Origin: Gnetum montanum
Lineage: Eukaryota; Plantae; Gnetophyta
DNA length: 64,000 bases
NCBI GenBank assembly: GCA_015680685.1
Contig: MNCI01000738.1
Coordinates: forward strand, 470,922 to 534,921
Direction: 5' to 3'
Each line of letters opens with the position of its first letter. Position 1 is the first letter of the stretch. A model generated the notes under the pieces. It was given only the letters and a program-made list of their open reading frames with translations. It was not told the DNA's origin and ran no database searches. Positions 61,800 to 64,000 of the stretch are shown one piece after another. The translations under genes were made by a program, and so were the position numbers.

Positions 61800-64000
61800 A
61801 CCATGGGGGGCTACAAGAGCTCCTAGTTTCCCTCCTTCCTCACACATGTAGATGCACATCTTTTCTTAGAATTGACAAGCCCATCATAGTTATCAAGCAC
61901 ATAGCATCTTAGTGACATTTCTTTTTTAATATAAAACTATTAGTTAAATACATCTTCCTAATGGAATAAAAATATTTACCGTTCACAATGGAGTTAGAAA
62001 GAGCTATTATAAAATTGTTATGCTTGTCTCATTTTTTAACTCATAGGAAAAGATGTCCTTTTTGCCAATAAAGTTTGGAATAATGTCTTAACTAAAGTTT
62101 GAATCCTCATTATGTGCTCAAATAAGCCTCCTTTGATCCCAGAACACCTTAAACCTCTTGAATCATGTCCAAACATACACCAACTAGGCAAAACACATCA
62201 ACATTGTGATCAAATTGTAGTTGTAGTTCTTGTCTGTATCATGTCTTTCTTGTGTTCTTTGAACTATTTCTTAAGCTCTGATATCTTGTATCTTATGTCT
62301 CTGATGCTCACACTTCTTGATGATGCATACAATGGGATCAACAAGTAGGCATTATGAGGAGTCTAGGTTGGTCTCTACTACTTGACCTATATCGCCTATG
62401 GTTATACCCTAGGTAGCTAGATTAATGTGTCAATGAGTAAGCATTGTGGAGGGTAGGGTCGGTGACCTTACTTACCTATGATTACTCACGAATTGTGATA
62501 ATGGACAAGCATTGTGGGAACTATTTAATCAACTAATGTCTACTCATGTCACTTCTAATTGTCATGTGGCTAGTTTCATGATGAAGGTAGGTAATTCACA
62601 TGGGTTTATTCTTTAAATTAATTCATCCAAGATCAAGTGAGGTTGGTCAACTAGTCCTCGAGGAGGCTTGTTGATAGCATCCTTTGGTATGGAATGATTT
62701 GAAGATGAAAAATACTAATGTCTCAAACTCTAGAGACTCTAAAGAATTCTAAAGCTTTTAATTTTACTTTACTTGATGATTTATATAAATCTCTATTAAA
62801 AGATATCACTACACAATACATATTTCTATAGATTATTGGATTTATTCACCCAAATAAGGGTTTTACATCTATGAGTCAAACTATCCTTGAATACTATAGA
62901 ATTAATATTTTACACATGCACTATTTTATTTTATTTTATTTTTGATTTTTTTTTTGTTTGTCAAATTTTGAAATGATTGAGAAATCATTGAATCTTAAAG
63001 TTTTTATGGATCAACATAATACTTTTATTACTCAACAATGGAAAGTGAATTTTGATCTTTATTGTTCTAATTACTCAAAGATTTCTTACTAGATTGAATT
63101 AGAAAGTCTTCCTCGTGTTCCCTAAAGATAGAATCAAAAACATTACTAGATGATGTACATTGCACATGCTATTTTATAGAGATTGATTTACGATGGAGGA
63201 AGATAAAATTAAAACTCAAGGTAGGTATTTAGTGTTTTTCCTATAAAATTATATACTATAATTTGTGAGGATGTTGTAGCTATTGTTATTGCAAAGGCTA
63301 TGTTATTGAAATCTATCCTATTCTCAATAAAAAAAAGTTGTTCATGAGGAAAATAAACAAAAAATTTTAGAAAAGATAAATAATGATAGTTTTTAGTAGG
63401 TATGAATAAATTTTTTTTAATAAGTTCTTAGTATTTTACTAATCCTTTTAATTTAAAGATGCTAGTAAACTCTTGATATCTAAAGAGAATTCCTCTTTAG
63501 AAAAAGAAAATTTAGTGGGGACTAGTAGTGAAAATACTAATGTAAACAGATTTCACTTAGTGCAACACAAAAAGAAGCAATTTAATAACCCTCAAAGATA
63601 TCTCCTCTTCTATCTACTTCTCCTACTATTTCAAATGTTTGTTCATCAGACAATGCGTTTTTACCTATTATTGATATGGATTATAAGACAAATGCTAACA
63701 TGAAAAATCAAGGATGAGGGCCTCCTTTCCCTCGTCTCAATGTTAGTGTCATCATAAAATGTTTTATGCCTTTTTGATAGGTCCTAAGCAAAAATTATTA
63801 GGGAGTATATGTCAAAGTAGCATTTATCTCTAAATTTTTTTCTTGCAAGAAACTAAGACTTTAGCACATGATATTAGTTTTGTTGATAAATGCATTTTAA
63901 AAGACTACATTATTTTTTCTTCTACTTATTACGTTAATAAAGGAGGTGTTGCTATTTTATTTAATAAAAATTAGACTAGAAAAGTTTTAAATTTTTTCTT

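Noticed and set aside
62050-64000. Possible repeat fragments and short ORFs at the right end
   Set aside because: No termini, second copy or protein motif that I can support.

Overview
AT-rich land-plant nuclear DNA, strongly depleted of CG and CHG, with short GT-AG introns. The species cannot be named from this window. Bases ~1-48.7 kb are a nest of decayed Ty3/Gypsy elements. Tat element A (minus strand, ~473-48730, tRNA-Asn PBS) is interrupted by related Tat element B (12255-40260). B holds a pol-less Athila-like element (22250-29092) and a young CpG-rich LTR (35501-~37320). Another young LTR (1-472) interrupts A's 3' LTR. Both Tat copies share an unusual layout: gag-protease ends at its own stop, and RT-RH-aRH-INT restarts 7-10 kb later behind a conserved splice acceptor and ATG. 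The gap holds an array of 20-bp palindromes and an antisense, intron-containing gene. At ~48.9-53.4 kb are two Penelope-like elements joined tail-to-tail, each with an RT ORF lacking a visible endonuclease and a minimal hammerhead ribozyme. At ~57.2-60.2 kb (minus strand) is a divergent calponin-homology kinesin-14 (KCH-type) gene with an in-frame stop and no switch I/II exons, behind a CpG-retaining promoter with MSA elements. A cluster of tRNA-derived SINE-like repeats follows at 61.0-61.8 kb. Alignments were done by eye, so boundaries of decayed elements are approximate.
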